From a virus (lineage: Duplodnaviria; Caudoviricetes): DNA of 64,000 nucleotides. A model generated the notes under the pieces. That model was not told where the DNA came from, ran no database searches, and saw nothing but the letters and a program-made list of their open reading frames with translations. Below are positions 1-8,831 of this stretch, piece after piece; position 1 is the first letter of the stretch, and the number at the start of each line of letters is the position of its first letter. Position numbers and translations under genes: made by a program. Location: positions 29,930 through 93,929 of IMG/VR virus record IMGVR_UViG_3300033076_000210; one strand, 5' to 3'.

Positions 1-57
1 TAAGTAGATTGCTATCATACGTTTTATTAAATCAATTAGTTCAGGTTCGTTAAACAT
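1..57 (-). CDS. hypothetical protein, 5' fragment (MFNEPELIDLIKRMIAIYL...), runs off window
   Basis: ATG at 57 overlaps TAA of upstream gene (TAATG); frame open to window edge. Confidence 0.5.
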   Translation of the reverse strand, partial: MFNEPELIDLIKRMIAIYL

Positions 58-557
58 TACCAGGCCTTGTTATAATCTACAATTTCACAATTGCGGCTAA
101 TGTCTTTGACAAAGTAAACACATTGTGGCTTGTCACCTTCTGTGATAGGGACACACAGCATCTGTCCGTTTTTAAGTTTAGGTGCATACCATGTAACTTC
201 TTGATATACATCCAGGATTTCAATGTCGGGAAAACTAGGCCGGAAACTACTAAGTGGATTGAATTCAAACACTTTAAATCCACGATCATTGATGCTTGTA
301 AGTGGGAGTATTTCAAGGTCACCTAAGTCTGGTTCACCTATTAGTATCTGCCAGTCCATGGGCATTTTAATTCTTTGCTGACCTATTTGTAATACCAGGG
401 CAGGGGCCGTAAAACTTTCTAAAAAGATAAGTGGGATATATTGATAATCTGGATCAGCTGGTGTGGAGTTGTCAAGGATAGCAAAACGCATGTCATCAAC
501 TTCTTCCGGCAAGTGGTCCAAATCAAAACTGTTATTGTCTAATGTAAGGATTCGCAT
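57..557 (-). CDS. conserved phage hypothetical protein, possibly degenerate Hint-like fold
   Basis: 166-aa ORF with its own sigma70-like promoter ending 6 nt upstream of ATG. Confidence 0.75.
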   Translation of the reverse strand: MRILTLDNNSFDLDHLPEEVDDMRFAILDNSTPADPDYQYIPLIFLESFTAPALVLQIGQQRIKMPMDWQILIGEPDLGDLEILPLTSINDRGFKVFEFNPLSSFRPSFPDIEILDVYQEVTWYAPKLKNGQMLCVPITEGDKPQCVYFVKDISRNCEIVDYNKAW

Positions 558-563
558 GTTGTT

Positions 564-592
564 ATAATACTAAATTTTAACTCAAAAGTCAA
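564..592 (-). promoter_or_regulatory. sigma70-like early promoter TTGACT-N17-TATTAT
   Basis: consensus-like hexamers, 17-nt spacer, 6 nt before ATG at 557. Confidence 0.65.
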
Positions 593-1197
593 TGGGTTTG
601 TAAAATTTCTCTGACTTCTTGGGCAAATCTTTTTTGCCACTCCGGATCATCTGTGTGAAATCCAGGACTCGCTTTGTATTTAGGATACGCAGAAAGATTA
701 GTCGCAGTCATCTTGTGTAAGAACTCTCCTAGTATTTTATTAACCCACGGATCACTAGGGTAAGGAAGCTGGGCATAATTATTAAATAACCCGCCCAGAG
801 TCCAGGCATATGGTATATGGTTACGTTCTAACAATGACAACATGCCGGCTGCAACACTACATTCTTTTATCATTTGCATTTCTGCAGGCACATGAATACG
901 ATACGCATCTGCTACTTGTCTCTGTTCACTAGTGGTATTAGTTGGGTCGTTGCCGGTAGTTATTATACCATTAGCCAAGAACTCCAACCGCCCTGGGAAA
1001 GAAAATCCCAGCACCACAAGATCAGGATCTTGTTCCAGTCCTTGATAAAATTTATGAGCAATAATACCATTACTAGCACCTGACTGGGAATTCATTATGA
1101 TATCATATTCCTGCAACATTTCGCTCCAATGTTGTCCTGGATATATAAAATCAGGCTTCATAAAGCTGTCGCCGACTACTAACAACTTCTTTTTCAT
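589..1197 (-). CDS. SGNH/GDSL hydrolase-like protein
   Basis: N-terminal LLVVGDSF, G-A-S-N block II-like motif, C-terminal GFHT; start at 1197 overlaps uvsW stop (ATGA). Confidence 0.6.
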   Translation of the reverse strand: MKKKLLVVGDSFMKPDFIYPGQHWSEMLQEYDIIMNSQSGASNGIIAHKFYQGLEQDPDLVVLGFSFPGRLEFLANGIITTGNDPTNTTSEQRQVADAYRIHVPAEMQMIKECSVAAGMLSLLERNHIPYAWTLGGLFNNYAQLPYPSDPWVNKILGEFLHKMTATNLSAYPKYKASPGFHTDDPEWQKRFAQEVREILQTH

Positions 1198-2663
1198 TTG
1201 ACTTTCATCCACTCAAGTTTTTCTTGTGTGAATGGGTAGTTGGCTTCTCGATAAAATGCTTTGCGCTTGGTTAAATGTCGTTTGGCAAATTTACATGTTG
1301 ATGTCAAGTCCCAGATTTCCACATGGTCTTTATCTTCTGCTTTACGAATTCCACGACCGATTGACTGAATAACTCTAACAAAACTCTTGCCAGGCTCCAC
1401 AAGAACAAGATTAAAAATACGGGGGATATTAATACCAACAGCAGCCACTCCATAAGTGGCCACAATAATTTTGTCACTCGATTCAGCAACTTCTGCATAC
1501 TCTGCTTTCCTTGTTTTTCCTTTGGTTGCACCAGATACAAACACAGCACGCTCTCCTAATCGGCTCACAAGTTCTTGACCCGCAGACACTCTATCCACAA
1601 GCACTAATGTGTTACCAGTTTCGTTTACTTTGCGTATTAGCTCGGCCATTGTATCTAATCGTCCCGATTCTTCTAATAGATACTTTAGTTCACTTTGATA
1701 ATTTGAATACTCAACGTGATCCTGTAGTTGAACAATGTTCACATGACACTGTGCTAAAACACCCTGTTGTTGCAATTCATTTGCCGATAGCTTGCCTACC
1801 ACAGGACCAAGACTGACTAACAGTGCCTGGCTTTCAAACTTTTCTTTAGGTACAGTTCCAGTAAGTCCCCAACGCAATGGGATCTTGGCCATAACTCCAG
1901 TGAGCAGAGTTTTAAGAGCTTCTGCTTTGGCCATATGCACTTCGTCTACAATAACGCATACAACGTCTTCAATGAAATCCATGATTGTAAAGTCGGCGAT
2001 GCCTGTGTTAGTATTTTTTAGCAATACATTTAAACTTTGCCACGTACAGATGGTATGTGTCTTGCCAAACTCTTTACGATCTCCATAAAACACACCAACA
2101 TCAAGCCCAAGGTTAACATAATCTGCTTCTGTTTGTTCCACAAGACTTTTATTAGGAACAATAACAATACTACGACCGTAAGGCTCAATTTTTGAACTCA
2201 AGGCGGCGGTCATAATTGTTTTGCCTGCGCCTGTAGCAACTTCCTGAATGCATTGGGGATTTTCTAAAAAGTTGTTGATAATTTCTTCTTGGTAGTCACG
2301 TAATACAATTGGCTGACCCACTGCTGGATGGCCTTTGGGCCACACTTTGTGAGCAAACGTAGTTTCTTCCACTGGAGTAAAATCAAATGCTACAGAGTAG
2401 TCACGCTGATCATCAAGTTCAATGTCGTAATTAAACTTTTCCAGTATAGGAATAATTTCCGGCAATAGATTTGTATAAGTGCTACCACCAAGTTGAAAGT
2501 ATGCTACCTTGCCATCCCAGCGACCAAGTCGAACTGCTGGCATGTAACGTGCTGCTGGGTTTTCATATTTAAATGCGTTAACAAGAGACTTGCGAGCATC
2601 TAAATCGAGCCCTTCAATCTTAATGTTAACTTCGTCTTTGATTACTATCGTTGCTGTTTTCAT
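1194..2663 (-). CDS. uvsW: UvsW-like superfamily 2 DNA helicase
   Basis: LRDYQ Q-motif, ATGAGKT Walker A, DEVH, LTGT, QSIGRGIR motif VI; N-terminal WDGK typical of T4-like UvsW. Confidence 0.92.
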   Translation of the reverse strand: MKTATIVIKDEVNIKIEGLDLDARKSLVNAFKYENPAARYMPAVRLGRWDGKVAYFQLGGSTYTNLLPEIIPILEKFNYDIELDDQRDYSVAFDFTPVEETTFAHKVWPKGHPAVGQPIVLRDYQEEIINNFLENPQCIQEVATGAGKTIMTAALSSKIEPYGRSIVIVPNKSLVEQTEADYVNLGLDVGVFYGDRKEFGKTHTICTWQSLNVLLKNTNTGIADFTIMDFIEDVVCVIVDEVHMAKAEALKTLLTGVMAKIPLRWGLTGTVPKEKFESQALLVSLGPVVGKLSANELQQQGVLAQCHVNIVQLQDHVEYSNYQSELKYLLEESGRLDTMAELIRKVNETGNTLVLVDRVSAGQELVSRLGERAVFVSGATKGKTRKAEYAEVAESSDKIIVATYGVAAVGINIPRIFNLVLVEPGKSFVRVIQSIGRGIRKAEDKDHVEIWDLTSTCKFAKRHLTKRKAFYREANYPFTQEKLEWMKVK

Positions 2664-3514
2664 TGTATTTCTACCCGACTAACCCATTGCCGAGTTGCTA
2701 TTTCTTGTAAAAGAGTTTCTCTGCTGCCTGTGTAAATTAAATCAGCAACAGGAAATCGTAATGGTTGTGCCTTTGCATTATACACGCTGGTAATGTTTTT
2801 TGCAAGAAAAAACTCTTGATGTTCATCAATATAACGTTGTATTCGTCCGTATTTTTCACTTAGATTGCGTTCACGGAACTGTACATTAAAATCGGCGCTG
2901 TAATGACTAAAGGGGCGGAATGCATCGTCGGAAATATACTCATCGTTGTCCTGTTCAAGATCCTCAACAGTCTTGCCTATTTCGCAATAGTTTAGATAAA
3001 CAGTTCCAAACTCAATTTGCCAAGTACCGTATGTGCTTTGTAACTGTTCCGATAGTCGATGTGTTTTAGGCATGCCATACCATGTGCATACAAAGCGAGG
3101 ACTGAGAGGTTGCATTGCGGTTTCGCATCTATGAACTGCTATGTTTAATTCCGCAATAGCACGCCTAGCAGTCTCGTCGGCGGTTTGCCAATATTCCGAT
3201 GTTTGCTGATCCAACAGCCCGTGATGAATCTCAAATATGTTGTGCAAATAATTCAAACAGTCTTGGGTCCACTCAAACGGTCTGGTAATTAGAGGGCGAT
3301 GTGCATTTATTGTATCAATGCATTGCTTGATGAAAACTTCAGCGCGGTGTTGCTCTTGTTCAAGGGTGTCGAAGCCATAAAATCTGTCAGGATGATCAAG
3401 TGGCCAGCTGTCTTTTTGTTGCATGCGTTCTCGCCAAAGGTCTGCAACAGGAGTTTTTCTTATTTGGAATTCAAGTGTTAAAGGATCAGTAGTTCCTAAT
3501 GTAATAGAAAGCAT
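2660..3514 (-). CDS. hypothetical protein
   Basis: 284-aa ORF, ATGA-coupled to uvsW, own promoter. Confidence 0.75.
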   Translation of the reverse strand: MLSITLGTTDPLTLEFQIRKTPVADLWRERMQQKDSWPLDHPDRFYGFDTLEQEQHRAEVFIKQCIDTINAHRPLITRPFEWTQDCLNYLHNIFEIHHGLLDQQTSEYWQTADETARRAIAELNIAVHRCETAMQPLSPRFVCTWYGMPKTHRLSEQLQSTYGTWQIEFGTVYLNYCEIGKTVEDLEQDNDEYISDDAFRPFSHYSADFNVQFRERNLSEKYGRIQRYIDEHQEFFLAKNITSVYNAKAQPLRFPVADLIYTGSRETLLQEIATRQWVSRVEIQ

Positions 3515-3520
3515 CGTAGT

Positions 3521-3549
3521 AGTATATACTTACCACAACAAAAAGTCAA
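3521..3549 (-). promoter_or_regulatory. sigma70-like early promoter TTGACT-N17-TATACT
   Basis: hexamers with 17-nt spacer, 6 nt before ATG at 3514. Confidence 0.7.
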
Positions 3550-3574
3550 AAAAACAGGCTCCAAAGAGCCTGTT
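3549..3574 (-). terminator. intrinsic terminator
   Basis: 9-bp stem AACAGGCTC/GAGCCTGTT, 4-nt loop, U-tract on minus strand. Confidence 0.75.
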
Positions 3575-3617
3575 GTAAATGAACCGTTTTCACGATTCAG
3601 GAGCTAACCAAAACACC

Positions 3618-3767
3618 TCAAACAATCAAATCCATTGCGGCTGCAAAGTTTGCCGCACTTATAACAAGGGCGGCCCAGCCAATCCCGTTTCTTTCTGCTT
3701 CAAAATGATCTTTGGCCTGTTCCCACAACCACCAAGCAAAGAACAAGTTAAGAAAAAGAGCCAACAT
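3618..3767 (-). CDS. small membrane protein (MLALFLNLFFAWWLWEQ...)
   Basis: two hydrophobic segments; ATG at 3767 overlaps the upstream TAA. Confidence 0.6.
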   Translation of the reverse strand: MLALFLNLFFAWWLWEQAKDHFEAERNGIGWAALVISAANFAAAMDLIV

Positions 3768-3871
3768 TACAGTATCGCAATCAAAAAAATCAAAAATGCC
3801 CAACCAGGATTGCCGGTCATCAGTGCAAACAGTGCCAGTATAGTTCCAAAGAATGCCCGATCACTGCCCAT
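3767..3871 (-). CDS. 34-aa hydrophobic peptide MGSDRAFFGTILALFALMTGNPGWAFLIFLIAIL (below ORF-track cutoff)
   Basis: read manually; fills the gap between neighbours with TAATG coupling. Confidence 0.55.
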   Translation of the reverse strand: MGSDRAFFGTILALFALMTGNPGWAFLIFLIAIL

Positions 3872-4118
3872 GAATTTTCAACTCCTGTGAGCATCGAACA
3901 CCCTTGCCAAATTCATCAAGTATCTGACGAGTGCTGTCCTGTGTAATAACAAACTTGTAACCTTCGATACAACGACTTTCAGTTACTCCATTGATACCAA
4001 TACTGATGTTGCTGTTGCCAGACATTGAGGTTCCTGCACCTACAATGACCATAACAAAAATCGCAAAGATCACAATAGCAACCATCAGTTCAATTAAAGT
4101 AAATCCACGTTGTTTCAT
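3861..4118 (-). CDS. type IV prepilin-like protein (N-terminal cleavage/methylation motif)
   Basis: MKQRG|FTLIELMVAIVIFAIF: basic leader, Gly-1, Phe+1, Glu+5, hydrophobic helix; C-terminal Cys pair; AAGGAA RBS. Confidence 0.85.
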   Translation of the reverse strand: MKQRGFTLIELMVAIVIFAIFVMVIVGAGTSMSGNSNISIGINGVTESRCIEGYKFVITQDSTRQILDEFGKGVRCSQELKIHGQ

Positions 4119-4173
4119 TGTTGTTCCTTATCGGAGGGGTCTTATTGACATTGCCCCTACGCACACTGCGGGG

Positions 4174-4329
4174 TTAACCTTCTTCTATTTCGTCTGCGAT
4201 ATCTGCTACTGTGTTGGCAACATCTTGCAACTCGCCTGACACATCGTCGTATTCGGCACGGCTGTTGACTACTTCTTGAATTAAAGCATGAGCCTGGGCC
4301 AGCTTGGTAATTTGTTCGTATTTGTCCAT
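4174..4329 (-). CDS. small acidic hypothetical protein (MDKYEQ...)
   Basis: ORF within early operon. Confidence 0.55.
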   Translation of the reverse strand: MDKYEQITKLAQAHALIQEVVNSRAEYDDVSGELQDVANTVADIADEIEEG

Positions 4330-4333
4330 GATA

Positions 4334-4492
4334 CTACCCGTTAAATCCAATTTGATCTTCAAACAATGCCAGCAAGTCTTCGTCGGTCATTAAGTCCAAT
4401 TCAGACACCACATGCTCATCTTCGTTGCTGTCGATGATAATTTTACCATCAAACGAACACTCTTGCAATCGTTTAATAACTAGTTCACGCAC
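4334..4492 (-). CDS. small acidic hypothetical protein (GTG start, MRELVIKRLQ...), TAG stop
   Basis: GGAG RBS upstream of GTG at 4492, overlapping the previous stop. Confidence 0.55.
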   Translation of the reverse strand: MRELVIKRLQECSFDGKIIIDSNEDEHVVSELDLMTDEDLLALFEDQIGFNG

Positions 4493-4601
4493 CGTAATAC
4501 TCCAATGACTTGATTGTAAACCCTGCTTCTTCTTGTTCATCTGCTTCGAATTTTGTATCAACAGAGTAAAGATACAAATCACCATCCCAAATTTCAAACA
4601 T
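4485..4601 (-). CDS. 38-aa hypothetical protein MFEIWDGDLYLYSVDTKFEADEQEEAGFTIKSLEYYGA
   Basis: read manually; AAGGAG RBS, directly follows ATPase stop. Confidence 0.6.
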   Translation of the reverse strand: MFEIWDGDLYLYSVDTKFEADEQEEAGFTIKSLEYYGA

Positions 4602-4602
4602 A

Positions 4603-5631
4603 TTAAACTCCTTGTGGTTTCATGCAAGTTGTTTCTGCAAGACGCTTCCAGTTAGTAACTGACATCTTACGCAAGTCTGCAATCTTCAGCGCCATACGCA
4701 AACTCATTTCACGCAAACGTGTCTTGTTGGTGTCCATGAAGTCAATGATCTCGTCTTGCACACACTTATCAAAATCGTAGTTTGCAAACAATTCGCCGTC
4801 TGCGGCAATTTGCTTGATACGCAACACTTTGTCACGCATGGTGTCCAAGGTCAAGTCCAAGTAGTGGCAACGACTTTGGAGAGCGTCCAAGTGATCGCGC
4901 AACTTTTGCGACTTCATGTTGTCAAACTTCAAGTTGGTAATGAAGATCACGGAGCCTTTGAACTCGAAGCTGTCAGGAATGCCTTCACGACGCAAAGTGC
5001 TTGACTCAGACAACCAGGAGATTTTGCGTTTCTTTCCGGAGTCCAAAGCTCCTTTGAGTAAGTTAAGCGATACGTCATCGAGCAAAATGCTATCGCAGTC
5101 ATCGAAAACAACCACGCAATTCGTATCTGAATATTTGTATAGAGTTTGGTAAAGCCCGATCGGCGTCGCACTACCCTTAACGACTTCGGCACGAAGTCGT
5201 TTACCCGCCAACTTATCAAATAGACATGCTTTGTCAATTTCTTGCTCCACACCAAATGATTTACCAACGCCCGGTGGGCCCGACACAATCATAGCACGAA
5301 TGTCACCTGTAACTGACGCTTTGGTCATTTCATGCAGAATGTCAAAACGTTCACGAATACGGCTCATTGCTTCTTCGTCAGTTTCTTGGGGGCGAGCAGG
5401 TTGCTCGAGTTTGATTACATTGTCTTGTGCCATTGAACTAGTATACTCAACATCTTCGATGCTGTCAACACGCACACGAATCGTATCTGGGCAGTTAGGG
5501 AAAGTGCCGTCATTGCGAACAGTGACATAGTTGCCTTTGGCACCTGTTTGAAAACCTGCTACCAGCGAAAACACTTGATTAGCGACTACCTTGTTGCGAT
5601 ACTCGCCACGCACAATACGAACTGAACTCAT
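4603..5631 (-). CDS. AAA+ family P-loop ATPase
   Basis: Walker A GPPGVGKS, Walker B VVVFDDCD, sensor-1 FITN, ALQSR arginine finger. Confidence 0.85.
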   Translation of the reverse strand: MSSVRIVRGEYRNKVVANQVFSLVAGFQTGAKGNYVTVRNDGTFPNCPDTIRVRVDSIEDVEYTSSMAQDNVIKLEQPARPQETDEEAMSRIRERFDILHEMTKASVTGDIRAMIVSGPPGVGKSFGVEQEIDKACLFDKLAGKRLRAEVVKGSATPIGLYQTLYKYSDTNCVVVFDDCDSILLDDVSLNLLKGALDSGKKRKISWLSESSTLRREGIPDSFEFKGSVIFITNLKFDNMKSQKLRDHLDALQSRCHYLDLTLDTMRDKVLRIKQIAADGELFANYDFDKCVQDEIIDFMDTNKTRLREMSLRMALKIADLRKMSVTNWKRLAETTCMKPQGV

Positions 5632-5674
5632 TTTAGCTCCAAAAGTTAGGTTGTTGTTTTGTTGTTATGCGTAT

Positions 5675-5703
5675 ATTATAGCAAAACGGGATTTATTGGT
5701 CAA
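5675..5703 (-). promoter_or_regulatory. sigma70-like early promoter TTGACC-N17-TATAAT
   Basis: near-consensus; same extended motif at 5870-5898 and 42636-42664. Confidence 0.8.
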
Positions 5704-5842
5704 CCGTCTCAACGGTTTCTTGTGTTTCTAGCACCTGTTGCGTAATTACAACACCACCGTATGCTGCCTGAAATTGCTCTGCTACTACTTGCAAGAAAAA
5801 AGTTAATACTTTACCGTTACGTGTAATCAGAGTGTATTTCAT
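5693..5842 (-). CDS. 49-aa hypothetical protein MKYTLITRNGKVLTFFLQ...
   Basis: read manually; AAGGAA RBS, downstream of promoter 5870-5898. Confidence 0.65.
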   Translation of the reverse strand: MKYTLITRNGKVLTFFLQVVAEQFQAAYGGVVITQQVLETQETVETVDQ

Positions 5843-5869
5843 GTGTTCCTTTTTGCTCTCTATGTAACT

Positions 5870-5898
5870 ATTATAGCAAATTGGGAATTTTTGGTCAA
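5870..5898 (-). promoter_or_regulatory. sigma70-like early promoter TTGACC-N17-TATAAT
   Basis: TTGACCAAAAATTCCCAATTTGCTATAAT. Confidence 0.8.
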
Positions 5899-5899
5899 G

Positions 5900-5923
5900 A
5901 AAAACCCTGCTATCAGCAGGGTT
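5900..5923 (-). terminator. intrinsic terminator
   Basis: AACCCTGCT-N3-AGCAGGGTT hairpin plus U-tract after gene ending at 5941. Confidence 0.75.
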
Positions 5924-5940
5924 ATGTAAGCATTATTTTG

Positions 5941-6432
5941 TTATTCTAAACCGGGCACAATTGTTATATTTTCTACAAATGTACCATCTGCAGGCAATCT
6001 CCACCACCATTGCCCAGTTAAGTTGCCGTGTTCAACTGGGGGTTGCAACACGTCATTGATGTAAGTATTTCCAAATTGAGTAGAAGGAAATCCAATATAT
6101 CCATTGGGACCCGACGAAACAATAGTCACATTTCCTACATTTCCTACAACCTCTTCTACCGGAGTGTAGTTAGCCTGGTTAAATGCTACTAATAAATCAG
6201 CATTGTTGTCTATTGCAATTTCAAGTACCTGGTTGCCTGAGAATGCCACTTCGGCATTCCATGAAAATAGCTCGTTAGTAACAGTATACGCTGCATTCGG
6301 CAATTCAGGAAAAGATTCATTTAATGTAACCACAGGTCCTTGATATATCACAACATTGTTAATCTTTGCTGTAATGTTTGCAGGCTGTTCTCCGTATGCA
6401 ATACCGAATTGTTTAAAGGTGCGTGTAGTCAT
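5941..6432 (-). CDS. hypothetical protein, likely late/virion beta-rich protein
   Basis: 163 aa, GGAG RBS, TAAATA at 6453-6458. Confidence 0.7.
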   Translation of the reverse strand: MTTRTFKQFGIAYGEQPANITAKINNVVIYQGPVVTLNESFPELPNAAYTVTNELFSWNAEVAFSGNQVLEIAIDNNADLLVAFNQANYTPVEEVVGNVGNVTIVSSGPNGYIGFPSTQFGNTYINDVLQPPVEHGNLTGQWWWRLPADGTFVENITIVPGLE

Positions 6433-6468
6433 AATGTATTCTCCAATGCTATTATTTATCCAGGAATA

Positions 6469-7230
6469 TCATTTCCAATGTTGCAATATCACTGGGTCCT
6501 GTACTTCTGCAGGGTTGGGTTTTCCGTGAAATACTAATACCCCGGCGCCCCCGAGTTTGGTACCTATTCCAGGGTCTAGATGCTGTCTACGTTTAAAATC
6601 CCAGCCGCCGTCAAGGCATTCCCACTTCCAACTGCGTATCAGTCGTTCATCTAGAAAGAATCGTCGATCCTGTGTTATCACATCGCTTAAAAAGTCCTGA
6701 TCTCCCGGATACCGTCGTTGCAATAAATTAAAGTCTTGCTCGCGAAATTGCCTCCACACATCAGCAAACTTAGTGGTATCCCACCACATCACACTACTAT
6801 TGATTCCTGTGTGCTGTGGCCGCCACAATCGTTTAAAATCTCTAGGAGCCCAAAAATAGTCAGTAGTCTGATGTGTGATCCAATCTATGTTATCAGTAAT
6901 CACTACGTCTAGATCGAAATACAACAGCGGCCCTTGATAATGTTTGTGATTAAACAGTTGTAGTTTGTACCACCAAGCCTTCCTAGGCCCAGTCACTCCA
7001 ATATCTTTCAATTCATGTTTAACCATGTGTGCCGGAACTTTACGGTCCGGCTCTGTGTAGACGTGCAGTCGTATACCACGACTTAGATGCCGGCTCAACA
7101 TGTTATAAAGGCGATCAACATAATCCCAAGAGTATGCAGTGCCATGAATCACGCAGGCACATTGAACTGGGCCCTGCGGTAGTTGCCCTGCTGCTTCTGC
7201 TAAGGCTTTAAGCCTATCCTTCTTACCCAT
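6469..7230 (-). CDS. GT-A fold glycosyltransferase (GT8-like)
   Basis: WWYKLQLF, LYFDLDVVI (DxD), NSSVM, GDQDFL, VFHGKPNP. Confidence 0.8.
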   Translation of the reverse strand: MGKKDRLKALAEAAGQLPQGPVQCACVIHGTAYSWDYVDRLYNMLSRHLSRGIRLHVYTEPDRKVPAHMVKHELKDIGVTGPRKAWWYKLQLFNHKHYQGPLLYFDLDVVITDNIDWITHQTTDYFWAPRDFKRLWRPQHTGINSSVMWWDTTKFADVWRQFREQDFNLLQRRYPGDQDFLSDVITQDRRFFLDERLIRSWKWECLDGGWDFKRRQHLDPGIGTKLGGAGVLVFHGKPNPAEVQDPVILQHWK

Positions 7231-7991
7231 GTTCCACTTTCAATTTCATTTAATGTATATTCTGTATGGCAAATATCTATCAACCATTGTTCTTTATCTA
7301 CCACATTGTAGGCTAAACTGCTTGAGTCTACTATTACTGGAACACCTGCAATGGTTGCTTGTATTCCCGGACCTGAATTATAATTTATCACTGCATCAAA
7401 GTTCCAGTGCATATCAAAGCTGTCGTATGTGTTAGCCAACCGTTTAGGTTGTTCCCATACAACATGTGCAGGGAAGCGGCTTTGATTTAATGAGCAGCGA
7501 GGATGGGGCCGAATTACAACCTGCTTGTCAATGTTTTCAATTTGTTTTAGGTACCAGGTTTCTTGATCTACACCTTCAAGTTGTAGACTGCGATTGTGTT
7601 GTCCTGCCACAAGCACACGCCCGTGATTTAATGGATTAGTCTGTAATGATATGCCTAACTTTTTGGGACGATCAGGATCTTGATCAAGTAAATTCCCGTA
7701 ATAGCCATGTGATGTAATATTGTTCAATGCAATCTTCCAGGTAACTCCACGATTCAACGCACCTACTTCAATGCACACAACAGAACGCCCTTTACTGCGA
7801 TAATAACGGTGGACGTCTTGATTTGCTGCCATTCTGCCGTTCCATAGTACAGACCAAATCACAGCAATATCAGCATCGTAACTGTTAGGTTCAATTCGAA
7901 ATCCGGCATTTTCTAATGCATTCATAACCGCAGAAATAACTGGGCCCGAATTTAGAGCGCATTGCAAAGGAAAATAGGTCACGGTTGTCAT
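7200..7991 (-). CDS. capsule polysaccharide biosynthesis (KpsC/KpsS-like) glycosyltransferase
   Basis: VLVAGQ...VVIRPHP...INYNSGPGIQATIAGVPVIV; TAG stop. Confidence 0.65.
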   Translation of the reverse strand: MTTVTYFPLQCALNSGPVISAVMNALENAGFRIEPNSYDADIAVIWSVLWNGRMAANQDVHRYYRSKGRSVVCIEVGALNRGVTWKIALNNITSHGYYGNLLDQDPDRPKKLGISLQTNPLNHGRVLVAGQHNRSLQLEGVDQETWYLKQIENIDKQVVIRPHPRCSLNQSRFPAHVVWEQPKRLANTYDSFDMHWNFDAVINYNSGPGIQATIAGVPVIVDSSSLAYNVVDKEQWLIDICHTEYTLNEIESGTWVRRIGLKP

Positions 7992-7994
7992 TAA

Positions 7995-8000
7995 TAAATA
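7995..8000 (+). promoter_or_regulatory. T4-type late promoter TAAATA
   Basis: 6 nt before ATG 8007 of a divergent two-gene unit. Confidence 0.55.
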
Positions 8001-8006
8001 TTCCAC

Positions 8007-8831
8007 ATGAGATACACAGTAATTACCACATTTCACCAGGCCGGGTTAGAACAATATGGCCAAAGAATGATCGACACTTTTGAACAATTTTGGCCTGCCG
8101 AAGTTGACCTAATTGTGTTGGCAGAAAACTGCGCACCGCGGACCACAAGACCAAATACAAAGGTTGTTGATATATTAGCAGCAAGTCCAGATCTACGTGC
8201 GTTTGTAGAACGACACAAAAACAATCCACTTGCACACGGGCAAGCAGGGCCACCCGATGTGTTTAATCCCAAGAAACAGTTTAGGTGGGATGCTGTTCGT
8301 TTTTGCTATAAAGTATTTGCTAAGTCTGTAGCAGCTGATATGATCGAGTCTGGATGGATGATATGGATCGACGCTGATTCAGTTACCCATACCCCAGTGA
8401 CCATGCAAGCACTAAGCACAGTTTGTCCTTCAAACACTATGGTCAGCTATTTGGGTCGAGGGGAAAAATATCATTCAGAGTGTGGCTGGGTTGCTTATAA
8501 TTTAGACGCACCCGAGTGCAGACAATTTGTTCGTGATTTTGTTAACATGTATAACAACGATGCAATTTTTCAAGAGCGTGAATGGCACGATAGCTACATT
8601 TTTGATGTGCTGAGAAAACAAATTCAAAGTCGTTGCAGGTTCCATAACTTAAATCCCAGTTGGGAAGACAAGGGACTTGCAGGGCACCCGTTTATTAATT
8701 CAGAGTTAGGCAAGTATATGGATCATGTTAAAGGTGATCGCAAAGTGCAAGGGCATTCAAAGCCAAAAGAAGTTGTTCTACATCAAGACCATCCTTACTG
8801 GCAAAACGTATTAAGAAAAGGACGCAAATAA
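8007..8831 (+). CDS. putative GT-A glycosyltransferase
   Basis: RFCYKVFA, WIDAD (DxD), ECGWVAYN, WHDSYIFD, DHVKG. Confidence 0.7.
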   Translation: MRYTVITTFHQAGLEQYGQRMIDTFEQFWPAEVDLIVLAENCAPRTTRPNTKVVDILAASPDLRAFVERHKNNPLAHGQAGPPDVFNPKKQFRWDAVRFCYKVFAKSVAADMIESGWMIWIDADSVTHTPVTMQALSTVCPSNTMVSYLGRGEKYHSECGWVAYNLDAPECRQFVRDFVNMYNNDAIFQEREWHDSYIFDVLRKQIQSRCRFHNLNPSWEDKGLAGHPFINSELGKYMDHVKGDRKVQGHSKPKEVVLHQDHPYWQNVLRKGRK

